Below, piece by piece: positions 1-12,982 of a DNA stretch of 64,000 nt. The notes under the pieces are model-generated. The model was not told where the DNA came from, searched no databases, and worked only from the letters and a program-made list of their open reading frames with translations. Both the position numbers and the translations under genes were made by a program. The stretch is taken from NCBI RefSeq assembly GCF_963921235.1, contig NC_086106.1:23932001-23996000 (forward strand), in the 5' to 3' direction. The stretch's first letter is position 1. Each line of letters opens with the position of its first letter. Source of the stretch: Mobula hypostoma. Taxonomy: Eukaryota.

Positions 1-420
1 CCATCCTAAGTACATCTCTTCCGAGTAACAGGAGTGTTTCTGCTTCCGGATCCAGTCCTCGGCTGTCCCTGGCAATGTGGTGGAGATGGGACTGGTATAG
101 CACTGCGCTTGGTATTGGAATCTCGGATCAGTCATTTAACATCTGATTACACTCTAAGGTTGGGTAGAGACTGATGACGATTTTGCCATCCAGCGACTCG
201 AGCTGGAAGCCTTCTGCCTTCCTGCCATATGTTTCTGCGATACCAGAGCAAGTACTGAAGTAGAATAGGAATGGAATACCGTTTACGCTGAACAACTCGA
301 AGAACTCTGGTCTCACTAGTGAGCGTTTCCTATGGTCGTCCAGAATTGCATAGGCTTTGATGGCCTTGTCTTTGCCTCATTTAGGGTATACCTTACTGAG
401 GCAGATCTTTATGCACGAAA
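1..420 (-). mobile_element. BEL/Pao LTR retrotransposon fragment (protease region), runs off the window edge
   Basis: ORF 128..316 (RPEFFELFSVNG...ETYGRKAEGFQLESLDG) is collinear with the protease regions at ~13550-13980 and ~16950-17370. Confidence 0.85.
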
Positions 421-1258
421 AGTAACCTTTCAGTATTTTATACTGTGCCCTGAAAGACCAACAAACCTAACCTGGAGTGTAACAGCCAATGAGCTGATCT
501 CCCACTTAATGTTAAACAGTATCTCTGATGTATGTTCACCCACTTTACATTCTCAGCGATTAATCCAATGCAGCAGTTCCAGGAACAGTCCATCCCTACT
601 ATTGTGAGAAAGGCTATCAATCAAAACATAATTCCTTCGTATAGCCCTGTTATCGACCAGCATGGGCGATGTGTTTATTCAGACACTATTGTTGCATACA
701 TACGGCACCAGGTATACACCGCACAACCCTGTGTAAAAAAATTGCTTCTGCTCGGAACTCCATTGGCAATAAGACTCATACAGCTTTTAGCAAGTATCAA
801 GCCTCTGAGCATAATTTGCAATAGTCACAGTTAACCCAGTATAATGTTCCTGCTCACACTTGGCATCACTCATGCAACTGGTCGCTCTAATCACCATACC
901 ATCAAAACTCTGACTAGTGGGAATTCTCTTTATTAGTCAGACAATTCCAATTATACAAATGGTTTACTGGGAAAATACAACATCTCAAAACGCTCAACTC
1001 CCTTAAGACTGGTTTAGTAAGTTTGAGATTTGCAGAAAGAGGCTATTTTCTCCTCAGTTCCCGCAAAACAGAATAACAAAACACGAAAAGACAGATAACG
1101 TTGCACCAACAATCACAAAATGATCGATATAAGTGGCAAATTTGGTATGTAGTAAGGAATCTTCATACAAATTCAACAATCTGGCCTATTGCTCCACAGT
1201 GCAAATTCCATTGCCTTCTTCAGGAATACATAACAGTATCATCAACCGCATATCGTCA

Positions 1259-2062
1259 TTCATAGAAACATAGAAAACCTGCAGCACAATACAAGCCCTT
1301 CGGCCCACAAAGTTTTGCTGAACCTGTCCTGACATTAGAAGTTACCAGGGTTACCCACAGCACTCTATTTTTCTAAGCTAACTATAAACTATCCAAAAGT
1401 CTCTGATAAGACCCAATAGTATTCGGTTCCACCACCGTTGCCGTCAGCACATTCTACGCAGTGACCACTCTCTGCGAAAAAAAACACTTACCCCTACCAC
1501 CTCCTTTGTACCTACTTCCCAGCACCTTAAATTATGCCCTCTTGTGGGAGCCATTTCAGACCTGGGAAAAACCCTCTGACTATCCACGCGATCAATGCCT
1601 CCTATCATCTTATAAAACTCTATTAGGTCACCTCTTATCCTTGGTCGCTCCAACGAGAAACGGCCGATTTCACTGACCCTGTTTTCATAAGGCATGCGCC
1701 CCAATCCCGGCAACATCCTTGTAAATCTCGTCTGCACCATTTCTATGCTTTCCACATTCTTCCTGCAGTGAGGCGACCAGAACTGAGCACAGCACTCCAT
1801 GTTGGGTCGGACCAGCTTCCTATGTAGATGCAATATTACCACTTGGCTCATAAATTCAATACCGTGATAGAAAACAGGTCAATACACCGGATGCCTTCTT
1901 AACCACAGAGTCAACCTGCGCAGCTGCTTTGAGCGTCCTATTGACTCGGACCCCAAGATCCAACTGATCCTCCACACTGCCAATATTCTTACTATTGATA
2001 CTATAATCGGCCATCATACTTGACCTGCCAAAATGAATCACTTCATATTTATCTGGGTTGAT
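1259..2062 (-). mobile_element. CR1 LINE 3-prime fragment (RT C-terminus and tail)
   Basis: ORF 1444..1851 LVRPNMECCAQFWSPH...VQTRFTRMLPG; KKASGVL motif; CTATGTTTCTATG-type tail at ~1260-1275. Confidence 0.9.
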
Positions 2063-4590
2063 TAGTCGCTGGAAAAACAGAAGAGACACACAAAAAATTG
2101 AACTACGACAACTACTTTCCAAATGTTCAGTTTCCACCAAATGTGGTCATATGTGCTTAAGTAGAGGAAGAAGAGAGCAAGAGTCTTTCAAGTGCCGTGT
2201 TATATACCCACTATATTTGAAACGGGACAGCATGCACATATCCTTTCGGAAAATTGTGGTACCTTCTAAAGTAACTGGTCACAACGGAAACAGTTGTAAT
2301 GAATCAGTATAAGGCACTTCCCCACCGGACATCAGTGGATCAACACTTTCTGTGGAAGGGACTGGCTTTGTCCCGTATATGCTGCAGTGCAGAAATCTCG
2401 GTTGTTTCCGCTCTTTTGTATCCAATAAAATTAATTTTAACCCCGTTTTTGAAGTTACTGTTTGGTATTCTCTAACTGCTGGTCTGCAACAGCAAACGGT
2501 ATTCAGAAACAGCAAACTAATCTTGCAGGATTGTTAGTCCGCTCCCAGTAGTGATATGCTGATGAGTGCACTGGACGCGGAAGAATATGAATTTTAATTC
2601 GTTGTCCAATACATTAAGTCATTAAGATGATGAGATATTTTGAAGATGCAGCATATATTTGCTAAATACGGCACATCTGATTGATAATGCGAAGGGGAAA
2701 TAATTATTTGCAGTAACACCACACACGGTTTGTATTCACAACCAGGTGCTTTGGAAATATTAACATACGTTATAAACATAATAGGGCAAATGTATATGAA
2801 CCAGCAGCTGAGCCACCTGCAGCCGAAGTGTGACCGGTCAGAGGTAAATGGGGGTGTTGCAATAATAGCGGTGATCAGCTTTCTCTTCCTATAACATGGC
2901 TGAATATTATGACCTGTCAATGATGCTGTGATATGAGCACTCCAAGACCATTGGTAAGTGTAGGATTATAGCATAGTCGAAGGTCCTACTCATTGTGGAA
3001 TATGTGGTAAGAACCTAAATGAAGCAATATCCTGAGGTTATATGGACTTCGTCAGTGGAGCAATTGCACAAGGAAATGTAGAAGGTGAAGAGTGATTCTA
3101 ATTAAAAAGTAACTCGATAACATGAACACTAAATTGTTCCAGGTTTGCTGATTAAGTCGAGGCAAAGCTTTGTGCATGCAAGTTTGTTACTTCACAGATG
3201 TAAATGGGGGAAATGTTGAGCGTTCGCAACTGCATAGTACATTCTACTCCAACAGCAGTTACATGGACTTGCCAAAGGAAGGACTATCAATGACAGCCAC
3301 TGTCAAGGACATGCTTGTTTCATTCTTTGATGAGGAAGAATTCTGGAGTCATAAGGACCACACCAACGAAATGAAGAAAAGCCGAAAGGCTATTGCCCTG
3401 TAGCCATGTGGCTCCTCAGTGAAAGTGGAAAACTTCACTCATCTCAGTCCTGAGCTGATTGCACAACCGACAGACTCACTTTAATGATAATTCGTTGTCG
3501 CAGCGTGTTCTTTTTAAACTGAGCGTGTTATCTTCTTTTCACACTTTTGTTGCGTGCCCGCTTATAGTTACGTATATTATAATTAATGTATTGCAATTAG
3601 TTTTTTTCCTGATTATCATGACATCACTATCTACCATTATTAAATTTTACGGCTACCAGGGCTTTGTAACATAATTTTAGATATAATTTATTTGTGGAAC
3701 CTTCATGTCAATTATAGCAAGAAAACGATACTTTTGCGAAAGGTCGATGATGTGGGCCTGCACATAAATTATCCAGTAAATACATTTTTCCATCCTTGAC
3801 TTTAAGAAAAAAATAAACAAGGCTTATGTTTACTTTGACAGCATAAATGTCAATCGAGAAATTAATGCTGAGTTCTTCTATAAAAACAGGAAGTGGTTTA
3901 TATCTCTAACTTTATAGCAAGGAGATACATGTAAACATGTTCAATTATTCTGTTTCAGGTGCATGAATTGGCGAAGGGAAGTGGTTGTATCCACAACGCA
4001 GAAAGAGGAGGTAGAGCGAGATGAGGCTCGACAGAAATTCCGTTTTCATTACCGAAAGATCTATTGAATCCATGGCAAGTGACTTTTTTTAACGATACTG
4101 TTTGAGTACTATAAACAGGAAGGAGACGTCAACATAGGAAAAAAAAAAAGACATATAGTGAATTGTGTGATATGCCTCCTTCGTATTTTCGCAAATGTTA
4201 CATTACTCACTTATAAAACAACTCCAATGTTTAGAATTTACAGAATGGAAATATACCAACTACATATTTTCTACGTCACACTACGATGTCACTTCCGATT
4301 CTTCCATCTTTGCCTAATTACCTTATATGCAGCTCAATGCTTTGCACGGAAGTTGTAATGGAGGTCAGATCGAGCCTTATCTGTCAGTAAAGAATTGATT
4401 CGTTGTACTGATAAACAAAGAAGTAGTGATGTATTGCAACGATTCAGTTGATTGGGGATGTTGGAAAAACAAGAAGCTTTGTGCTGATTGGATGCGACCA
4501 ATAATATAACAGTACACACCTTCCGAATTTCTAATTAAAACTTCCTTAACAATAAGATTGTTTCAGTTGCAATTCACAGGCTGTGCAGAC

Positions 4591-5435
4591 ATGCTGACCG
4601 AATTTATATATACGTTCCCTATTGCAGCAGCGTTCCTGGCGGGTAAGTTTCTGGAGTTTCGAACATTATGATTCTGATGAGTGCAGAGAAGGATAATTTA
4701 TTAGTCAATACCCGGAATCCAATGTTAACAAAAACGGAGAAATATGTCCCCGTTCTCCAGTAACTGACATTAAAATGTTTGAGGGGAGATTCCAGCTCAA
4801 ACACAGTTGAGCCCATTGCTGCCTCCAACGGTGAAATGCAACGCTTTTTCTTTTGCTCCCCGCGCGGGACATATAATGCAAAACTGTGAACACTGATAGA
4901 GGAGTTTTGAAGGATTTATTTTTCGGTGCTTTTGATCTCTTCTTTAAAAAAAGTTAGATTCATTTTTCTATGGAACCATCCCAGAAATCTCTGCAGAACG
5001 GATATTTCGATTCGACAACCTTAGAGCCCCAACTCAGGTCAGTACTAGAGGTCATGGTGCTGCTTGATAGAGATGGTGTGTGCACAGCAGGGTGGTGTTG
5101 TTTAATTGAAATATCTTTCGGATTCTTTCAGGTCATTGTCGAGGCGATGCCGTTTTTCAGACACCGACATCCACAGTAACTGAAGGCGGTGAAGCAACGT
5201 TGAACTGTAACTATAATACTACAAGCGCTGGCCAATTTTCATTGCAATGGTACCGTCAGTATCCCGGCGGAACTCTGGAGCACCTGTTGCTCAGGACGAA
5301 ATACGACGCTAACCCAAGGAAGACCCCAGGACAACGGTTCGCGGCACAGCTGGATGATTCGAGGAGGACGGTCCCACTTTCCGTGTCTGAAGCGCAGCTA
5401 GGCGACGAGGCTCTATACTTCTGCGCGCTGAGACT
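4591..5435 (+). CDS. TRAV: T-cell receptor alpha-type V gene segment, apparently functional (leader 4591-4642, intron 4643-5131, V exon 5132-5435)
   Basis: Leader MLTEFIYTFPIAAAFLAG with GTAAGT donor; tttcag acceptor; spliced V GHCRGDAVFQTPTSTVTEGGEATLNC...LQWYRQYPG...RFAAQLD...LGDEALYFCALR with both Cys, the Trp and the D-x-A-x-Y-x-C motif; followed directly by an RSS. Alpha versus delta is inferred from sequence style. Confidence 0.92.
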
Positions 5436-5474
5436 CACAACGACACAAACTTAATCTGCGTCTGTACAAAAACT
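5436..5474 (+). other. 23-bp-spacer recombination signal sequence of the + strand V
   Basis: Heptamer CACAACG 5436-5442, 23-nt spacer 5443-5465, nonamer ACAAAAACT 5466-5474. Confidence 0.92.
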
Positions 5475-7527
5475 GCTTGAACTCCCTGAATCCATCTCTG
5501 TGTAAACGCGATTTTGTCTGCAACTGCAAGTATAGCAGATCTCTGCAATTATGACAATACCAATATATTATATACCATTATTCTTCAATCTTAAATATTC
5601 TGATCCAATACGATAAAACAGTTTTGTACTGGATCTGCTCTCGTGGCCATTCGAAAAGATATTTCAAGAGCAGTTATGTACACAGAATCCCTTATTGTTT
5701 TACCTGTTTCTTGTATTAACTATTATCTGCTGTAGTATTGTCGATGCAGGTGGAACGTTAAATCAGCCTAAATGCTCTGGCAATGATGACAGGAAATGCA
5801 TCGACTTCGAATAGGTGAACAAATGATTGTTCGTTTGTTTGGTTGTTTGCTTGTATTTTTACAAAGTGTAATCTTTTGAACAAACAGTCCTGTTCCCCGT
5901 CATGGACCACTGAATAGTAAACAAAAAAAAAAAAGGAGCATTCAAAATACGCACTTCCTTAAAAGCGCCTGCCGAGTATACCTTTGTTCGACACGGCGGA
6001 TTTAACATATGGAATAAAACGTTGAACTTTAGTGGGTCGTAGTCATTGTAAGCACACATGCTAGCTGGTCAACGGCGATCACAAATTTCGGTATTATAAT
6101 TTGGAGAAGTTTAATGAATGAGTATTTATGCAATAGGACTCGTAGGATTCATGTTCTAAGCTGTTTTCCCCGAGGCAACACGGTTTCATTGTTATATGTG
6201 CAGGCGCAATAAAGTGCGAGCTTCGATTATTAATGAGTTATGAGTTGTGTTGTGAATTACCCCTTATCCGCTGACGAACTGTGCACACCTTCCCAAGCAT
6301 TATGTGCGACTTTGACTTAATCAGAGGAAGTGGGGAGCACGGCACTTGCAAATGCTATGTTACATACCCAAAGTATAAGAGACAGGATATCACGGAAATG
6401 TTCAATCAGCAATGCAGCTGCACCTTCTAAGTTAACCAATTCGAAGGGCAGCGCCTTTTACAATTAGAATGTGGCACGTCCACACATGACGGCAGTACAT
6501 CAATACTTACTGTGGGAGGGACATTTTATCCTGTATATGTTGTTGTGTAGATATCTCCCATTTTTCCAATCTTTATTATCGATTAAAAGTTATTTAATAT
6601 CCCGAGATTTAGTTTATTTGCTATTTATGTACATTTATTTCATTCTGATCTATATATCATCGGGTTTACATTGATAATCTGGAAATTAATATTGCAGGAG
6701 TATGAGTCCGCTCTCAGTTGTGACAAGTATCTGAATACAGAGGTACCGGAATATTACCGATTTTAACTCGCAGTTAACTGCATTAAGCCAGTATGAAGAT
6801 GAGGTATTTTGAAAGCGCAGCATAGTTTTTGATTAAAACGGACCACCTGAAAGCTCATGCTTACTGAATTAATTGTGTGACTCCACACACGGCTTGTATA
6901 GAAAACAATGTGTTTTAGATATATGATTCTGAGGAACTGACGGTTAAATATATCTGACTGGGTATGAGTTCGCAGCATCAAATTTCGAAGGTGGCAAAAT
7001 TCAGATTAATAATTAAAGTGGCCTTCCTATATTAGCAGAAGACATAGTGTAGTCGAATACACGTTGTAAAAAGAATTGGGCAGACGTATTACAAGCAGAA
7101 GCGGAAAGACCTGCAACATAACAGTGAATCAATAGAATAATTAGACACATGCCGATTAAGGAACAATCATTACGCCACAACCCCCTGGCTTCTGAGCGTT
7201 AATGGAAAACTTCACTCACCTTAGTCCTGCGCTGTCTGCATAGTCGACAGACTCGCTTTCATGATAAGTCGTGCTCCAAGAATTTCCTTTTTTTTAATTT
7301 TCCCATCCTATAATCATTTATTTGTTCATCCTATAATCCTTTACTTCCCTGCCTATAATTTCGTATATTGCAATTGGTATGATTTATTTTTTTTTCTGTA
7401 CTGGCTGCCATTCAATAAATATAAAGATAGTATATGATGACCTATCGGTACTTTGATATCAAATAAACTTTTAACGTAACAGTTGGAACAACTAGGAGCA
7501 TGCCGAACACTTACTCAGTGCAATATA

Positions 7528-8643
7528 CCATGGCGTGCAAACGGTTGGCCACCCCTGGTGAAAATTTCGGTTACTGTGAACAGCTAACCTAGCACAAGAT
7601 GCCCTGATTTCCAAAAGGCATAAAGGTAATGATCGCCTATTTCTGTAATATTTTAAGCAAGATTTCTTTTTATTTTCCATTTTTTACAGTTTCCAAATAA
7701 CAGAAAAGGAAGAGAGTGCGAAGCAAAGGTTTGGGAACACTGCATGGTCAGTACTTAATCTCATGGTCTGTGCTCATTGCGGACAAATTGTTCTACTTGA
7801 ACTCCATCAGTCCACATAACTTGTATGCAAAATGCTTCAGGCTTGTTCAGATGTTTGTTTGCAAACTTCTGATGCCGAATTTTCTGATGGGGAGGCAGCA
7901 AAGGTTTTCTTCTGATGACTCTTCCATTAAGGTCATATTTGGTCAGGTGCCGCTGCACAGTGGAAGAGTGCACCACTACTTCTGAGTCTGCTAAATCTTC
8001 CTGAAGGTCCTTTGCAGTCAAACGGTAGTTTTGATTTGCCTTTCTAGCAATCCTACGAGCCATTCTCCAGGGAGAAAAAATAATCTCGGACTTCCAGACC
8101 TCAACACGACCTCCACCGTTCTCTTAACTCTAATGTGTTAAGTACATTACGAACTGTGGAAACGTCTACCTGAAAACGCTTTGCTATCTTCATACAGCCA
8201 TCTCCTGCTTTGTGGGCATCAATTATTTTAATTTTCAGAGTGCTAGGCAGCTGCTTAGAGTAGCCATTGACTGCTGATTGTTGGGTCAAGGTTAGAGGAG
8301 TCATCAGTTTATAAAGCTTTGAAGTTTGCATTACGTTGCCTTTTCTAACGATGATTGTGAACAAATCATTGCCCTAGCATGCTAATTAATGCCTGAGACC
8401 TTGATAAAAGTTATCTGAGAGCTCAAATCTCTTAGGGTGCCCAAACGTATGCATGGTGTTCCTTTCCTTCTTTTCTCTATCTCCAAAATTGTAAACAGCA
8501 AAAATAATACTTGTTTAAAATGTTGAAAAAATGTTGCATCTGTAACTTTATGACTTTTGGAAATTAGTTCATCTTCTGCTCACTTAACTAATCACAGTAG
8601 CATACAATTTGCCCAGGAGTGCCCAAACTTTTGCATTCAACAG
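7528..8643 (-). mobile_element. Tc1/mariner transposon, internally deleted, decayed
   Basis: TA at 7526-7527 and 8644-8645; ~230-bp diverged TIRs containing repeated TGCAAAAGTTTGGGCAC-like motifs; transposase remnants (LKIKIIDAHKAG..., RKPLL...WTD) that stop just after the first catalytic Asp region. Confidence 0.88.
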
Positions 8644-10462
8644 TATCGCAGAATTTTGCTTTCTAACGCAGTCAAAATCAGGAAGCCTTGAAACTGCGAA
8701 TAGGAAATAGTTGTCGGATTTGGGATCAGCGATATCAAACGTAGAGGTCGTGGTATCTGTTGCTTTCAAAGAGGGTTGAAACTTGGCAATCATCAATCTC
8801 GTAATGGTCGGAAACCCAGTTGAATGGAAGCGACCAAGGTAAATTGATGGACCTTTAAATGGTCAGTGAAGGAAGGAACTTGAAGAAGTGCATATAACTG
8901 AAGATCAGTCGTATGGTAAAGAAAAACAAGCATAAAAAGCAAACAATAAAAAAGCGCCCACGGATTCAGATGAAAGTGCACACAATAGGCACAAGAAATC
9001 TTGACCAATACACGGAAAGTAATAGATAATTTAACATAAGAGGGAGAATCTCAGTAGGGGAAGGAATTTCGACGTTCCAGATCGAAAGGCTTCAACATGT
9101 CTGTAAAGAGGAGACGTAAAATGGCATAAGCAGCTTGGTAGTGGAGCGGACTGCACATCTGCAGTCGATGGATTTGAAAAGGTGAGGGAACGTCTTGACT
9201 GTATGGGTGACATCAATATTTGTGAAGCTGGGAATGGAACAGTCACTGGGGTGAAGATGAAGGGGTATCACTGGAAGTGGCGCAAGTATCTACTCCCCTC
9301 TTGTGACTTCATTCCAATGTAGTAGTTGTGGGAAGAATGAGGTTCTTTTGGATTTGATATGCATAGCAAACTCAACGGAACCTCGTGCGTTCTATACTGT
9401 ATATGGCGATCACAAAACAAAAATAATTCTTTAAACATCTGTTGCTTTAGGCATGAGATATCTGAAGACGTTGTTTTATTTGCCACTCTGTTCATCTTAC
9501 CCGGCAACTGGAGACCGGTAATTTGCAATCCACAATAAGACATGTGTATATTTGCCTGCCGTCAGGTCCACAGTCTCAACAAGCACAATCACATAAGTAC
9601 CAGTATATTCAGTCTGCTCTTCCGGGATTGGCATCATCAGTGAAAATTCTGTTCCACCGGGTAACAAGATGACGAGGGAGAACAATGAACTCGTATTATT
9701 TCACAGTTCGCGATATTCCTGTCATGTCCTCGACATGTCAGTGGCTCTGTACGTCTTTGCGATATTTCCTAAGCAGTCTGAGCAGGGAAGTGGGAAACCA
9801 GTTGGAACATTGATCACTTTATTGTAGACAAATTAGAAAAACTCAATAGAGAACTAATGACAGCAGGTCATATTTTTAAACTGACAAGGCGCAGACTACG
9901 CAAGATTCTGATTGTTCTTTTGTTCTGATTTATGAGTTTTGACGTAGCTCACGACAGTTTGCTTTCAATCTAGAAACCAAATTGCAGTAGTTGCATTTCC
10001 AGAGCCACACGAATGAAGCAATAATCAAATATTGTGCCTTGCGTTCCCTTCAGTCCAATAAGGAGGTATACATCTTATCACTAGTCCAACAATTTACTTG
10101 TACGGCATTGTAAACCAAGCATGGGAATTTCTGTTGAAAAGCCAGGTTAGTCTTAACTATAGAATCACAAAATATTGCATATGCATTAGTCTGTCCTATC
10201 TATTGAGGCAAGTTCGCACGCACCAATGAGCTACGTTCGCCGATCTAAACTTTTAGTTTTGTTTTGCATTTCCAGCTGGTATCCATCGGGATTACGCCCT
10301 CTGATCAAGCACCTTTCAACCAAGTTTTGGCACTCACTTGTTCAGATCACTGGACCCGTTACACTCATAGAGTGAGGTTCGTTGCACTGCGTTGAATTCT
10401 TTGCTGTCATTGATGCCTACGTGTGTCGCTTCCTGACATAAAGTGGTATTAAGGAAGGTATT

Positions 10463-11898
10463 TGTCATGGTCCGGTCCGTAAAGTCCGCGTTCCGGTTCT
10501 CGGTCAGGTCCGAGGACACGGGACTCCAGGTCTTCCGGTTGTCCCTCGCTTCAGCTGGGCTTAATCATTGGTACATGATGCTCCACTTGGGGCTTGGAAT
10601 ATACGTGGCCCTGGGTTCGAGTGTGGTTGCTGATTCATCAGACAGTATCCCGTCCTCGTCTCTGCAGGGTAAGTCAGGCCGTCTTTATCGTTACCCTGCG
10701 ATTGTATCTCTTCCTTCCCGTCATTGCCTCCGTTGTGTAAGCCAGGTACTCTTTGTCGTTACCCTGAAGCTGGACTGTTGCCTTCCCTCCCCCTGCCTTC
10801 TGAAGCCTTTCCTGCAACCTGTGTCTGGAGCCTTGCCTGCAACCTGTGTCCGATGCCCTGCCTGCAACCTGCGTTTGGACCCCTGCCTGCAACCCGTATC
10901 TGGAGCCCTGCCAGCAATCTGGTCAAGTTCAGCCACCGGAACGAGACCGTAGCCTTGTTCTATCAAGAAAAGGAACTAACTGTCTGGCCGTCTGCCGCTA
11001 CCTTGTTTTCGGAACTGCTTCTGTGTCCACGCCTTCGCTCCGTAGTTCATGGTGTTTGCAGCTACCTTGTGTGGGGAACCATCTCGTCGTGTCTGCATTC
11101 TGTGTAGACCTCCGGCCTCATGTCCTCTTCCCAAGATGGGTTCCTGGCTCTGTGTTCCATGTACCGGTGTTCCTTTCTCTCAAGTCCAAGGCTCCGTGCT
11201 GCCGTGCTCAAGAACAAGGCTCCGTTTTCTGCGTTACTGTCGTCCCAAGTCCAAGGTTCCGAGGTTACTGTCTTCCCAAGTCCATGGCTCTGCTGTTCCT
11301 GAGTACCAAGTCAAGGCCTCATGTTTTCGTCCTGTCCATTTGCCTCGTCCTGTCCATGTGTCTTGTCCTGTCATGGAGTTCCCTCGTCCTGCCCAGGGGT
11401 CTCCCGTACTGTCCTGTAGCCTCGCCTAGTCCTGTCTCCTAAGACCACGTCATCCCTTCGCCTAGTCCCGGAGTCCGAGCACTAGTCAGGACCCAGGTTA
11501 TTGGTCCTTGTCCTGTCTCTGGCTCGGAGTCCGAACCCAAGCCTCATCATATCCTCGCCTCGAAGATCCCAAGCCATGACGAAACCAAGCCATGAGGAAC
11601 CCCAGCCATGAAACAAAATAATGAAGCTATGTCCAGTTCTATAGCTACATCATGTTCTCGCCTAGTTCCGGTGTCCGAGCCCGATTCCAGTCCCAGGTTA
11701 TGGTCCCTTATACAGTATTTGGTTCGTGGTCCAAGCCCAGGCTCCTACTTCCCTGTTCCCTGTCCTGGTCCCGCTTGCCTAGACATGTCCATGCTCAAGT
11801 TAATCTTCTTGTCCAAGTTCTCTAGTCAAGTCCTGTTCCTAGTAATTCAGTGTCTGTGCCATACATTTGTGCCCGCTCCCAGCTTCCCCGCTATGACA
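10463..11898 (+). mobile_element. Solo LTR, copy 1
   Basis: Termini TGTCAT...ATGACA, perfect 5-bp TSD GTATT (10458-10462, 11899-11903); homologous to copies at 22191 and 51336. Confidence 0.88.
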
Positions 11899-12550
11899 GT
11901 ATTAATCCTCGACAGACTTCAGGCCGCCGCTAGTATTATGAAAACATGAAAAAAAAACAATAGAACTATGTTATACCTCGACACTTTATTATTTCACGTC
12001 TCAATAAACCTCCCATTAACAACCGAGGCTGCTGAATGTGCGAGGAATAAGTATATTAATGTGATTACAACATTTTTAGAATGTTGTTTTGTTAGTATTG
12101 CAGCACGAAGACAGCGAAGTGCAGACACTTCAGCTTTACAACACTTGAAATCAGATAGCTGTTTATTAACGTAATTGAAATATCCATGGTTGGAGTACAA
12201 TGAATCTACATAGATATTTCATAAGACTGTTATATACAACGTGACAGCGACTCTGAAATGTATATCGACGAAGAGCATAAAATTTAACAAATCCGCCGAC
12301 ACTTGTGGTTATGTTGTGGCAGGAAGAAAGCAGGACAGCTGGGATATGATGTCTCTGCATAGAGGGATTCACAGGGCTGAGTGCAAGCGACTTGTTGCTT
12401 AATCGCGAAGCCATCGCACACATTGTCGAAATATCTAATGATTTCGCTTTTTCAGTGTAGTGTTCTCGTGCAGTGTGTTGAAGCTCTGACTAAGCTCCAA
12501 GTTAAACCGCACCCAGTGAGGACAGAGTCGTGGTAAGGTTAACCATTTAC

Positions 12551-12982
12551 TGTTCCACATTAGCGTTGTATGGTGAAAATACAAACATATCCAGCTTCTG
12601 GTTTATTCTGGAGAATACGTGCGCTCTGTTCTTTTAGCGACTGTATCCAGCCGCCCCGAGTAGACAGTAAAGGGGGTCCCGTTAAATCACCGCCGGGCCC
12701 GAGCCCGCCCCGCGTTCTTTCTTTGTGGGTAGAGATAGAATCTTCACGATCATGCTGCAAGCATTGAACCCACCGTAACACCTTCCCGAACCAGAGGTTA
12801 CACAGAAGACGCGGCGAAATCGGGGGTGACGTCATCACATGCGGCATGACCACAGAAAATGAACTTACCTTTGTTATACTGTAACTTAATTATCAACCTT
12901 TACCTTTAACTGGAAAATAGTTACAAACCCGTCATTTAAAGCATAGACCCAACAAAGTCAAATTAATGCCTTAAGGACAACA
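12551..12982 (-). repeat. BEL/Pao LTR (432 bp)
   Basis: TGTT...AACA termini; polypurine tract CAGGCGGGATGTG adjacent on -; homologous to 15831-16385. Confidence 0.85.

Noticed and set aside
1050-1190. Minus-strand hydrophobic stretch FVIVGATLSVFSCFVILFC resembling a transmembrane exon
   Set aside because: No upstream domain exons, no charged TCR-type TM residues, uncertain splice site.
4970-5179. ORF MEPSQKSL... as an alternative leader for the + V
   Set aside because: Not hydrophobic, and its GTCAGT donor is phase 2, out of frame with the V exon.
7956-7962. Isolated CACAGTG/CACTGTG heptamers (also ~23559, 25454, 49254, 55374, 63265)
   Set aside because: None has a nonamer at 12 or 23 nt or adjacent V, D or J coding sequence.
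9453-9830. Leader-like VVLFATLFILPG and a downstream acceptor where a second-cassette V might be expected
   Set aside because: No in-frame ATG or GT donor, and no V motifs or RSS in any frame downstream.
10443-11949. Long ORFs of 113-198 aa (likewise 23028..23501 and 51782..52646)
   Set aside because: They arise from GC-rich tandem repeats inside solo LTRs, are open on several frames and are low complexity.
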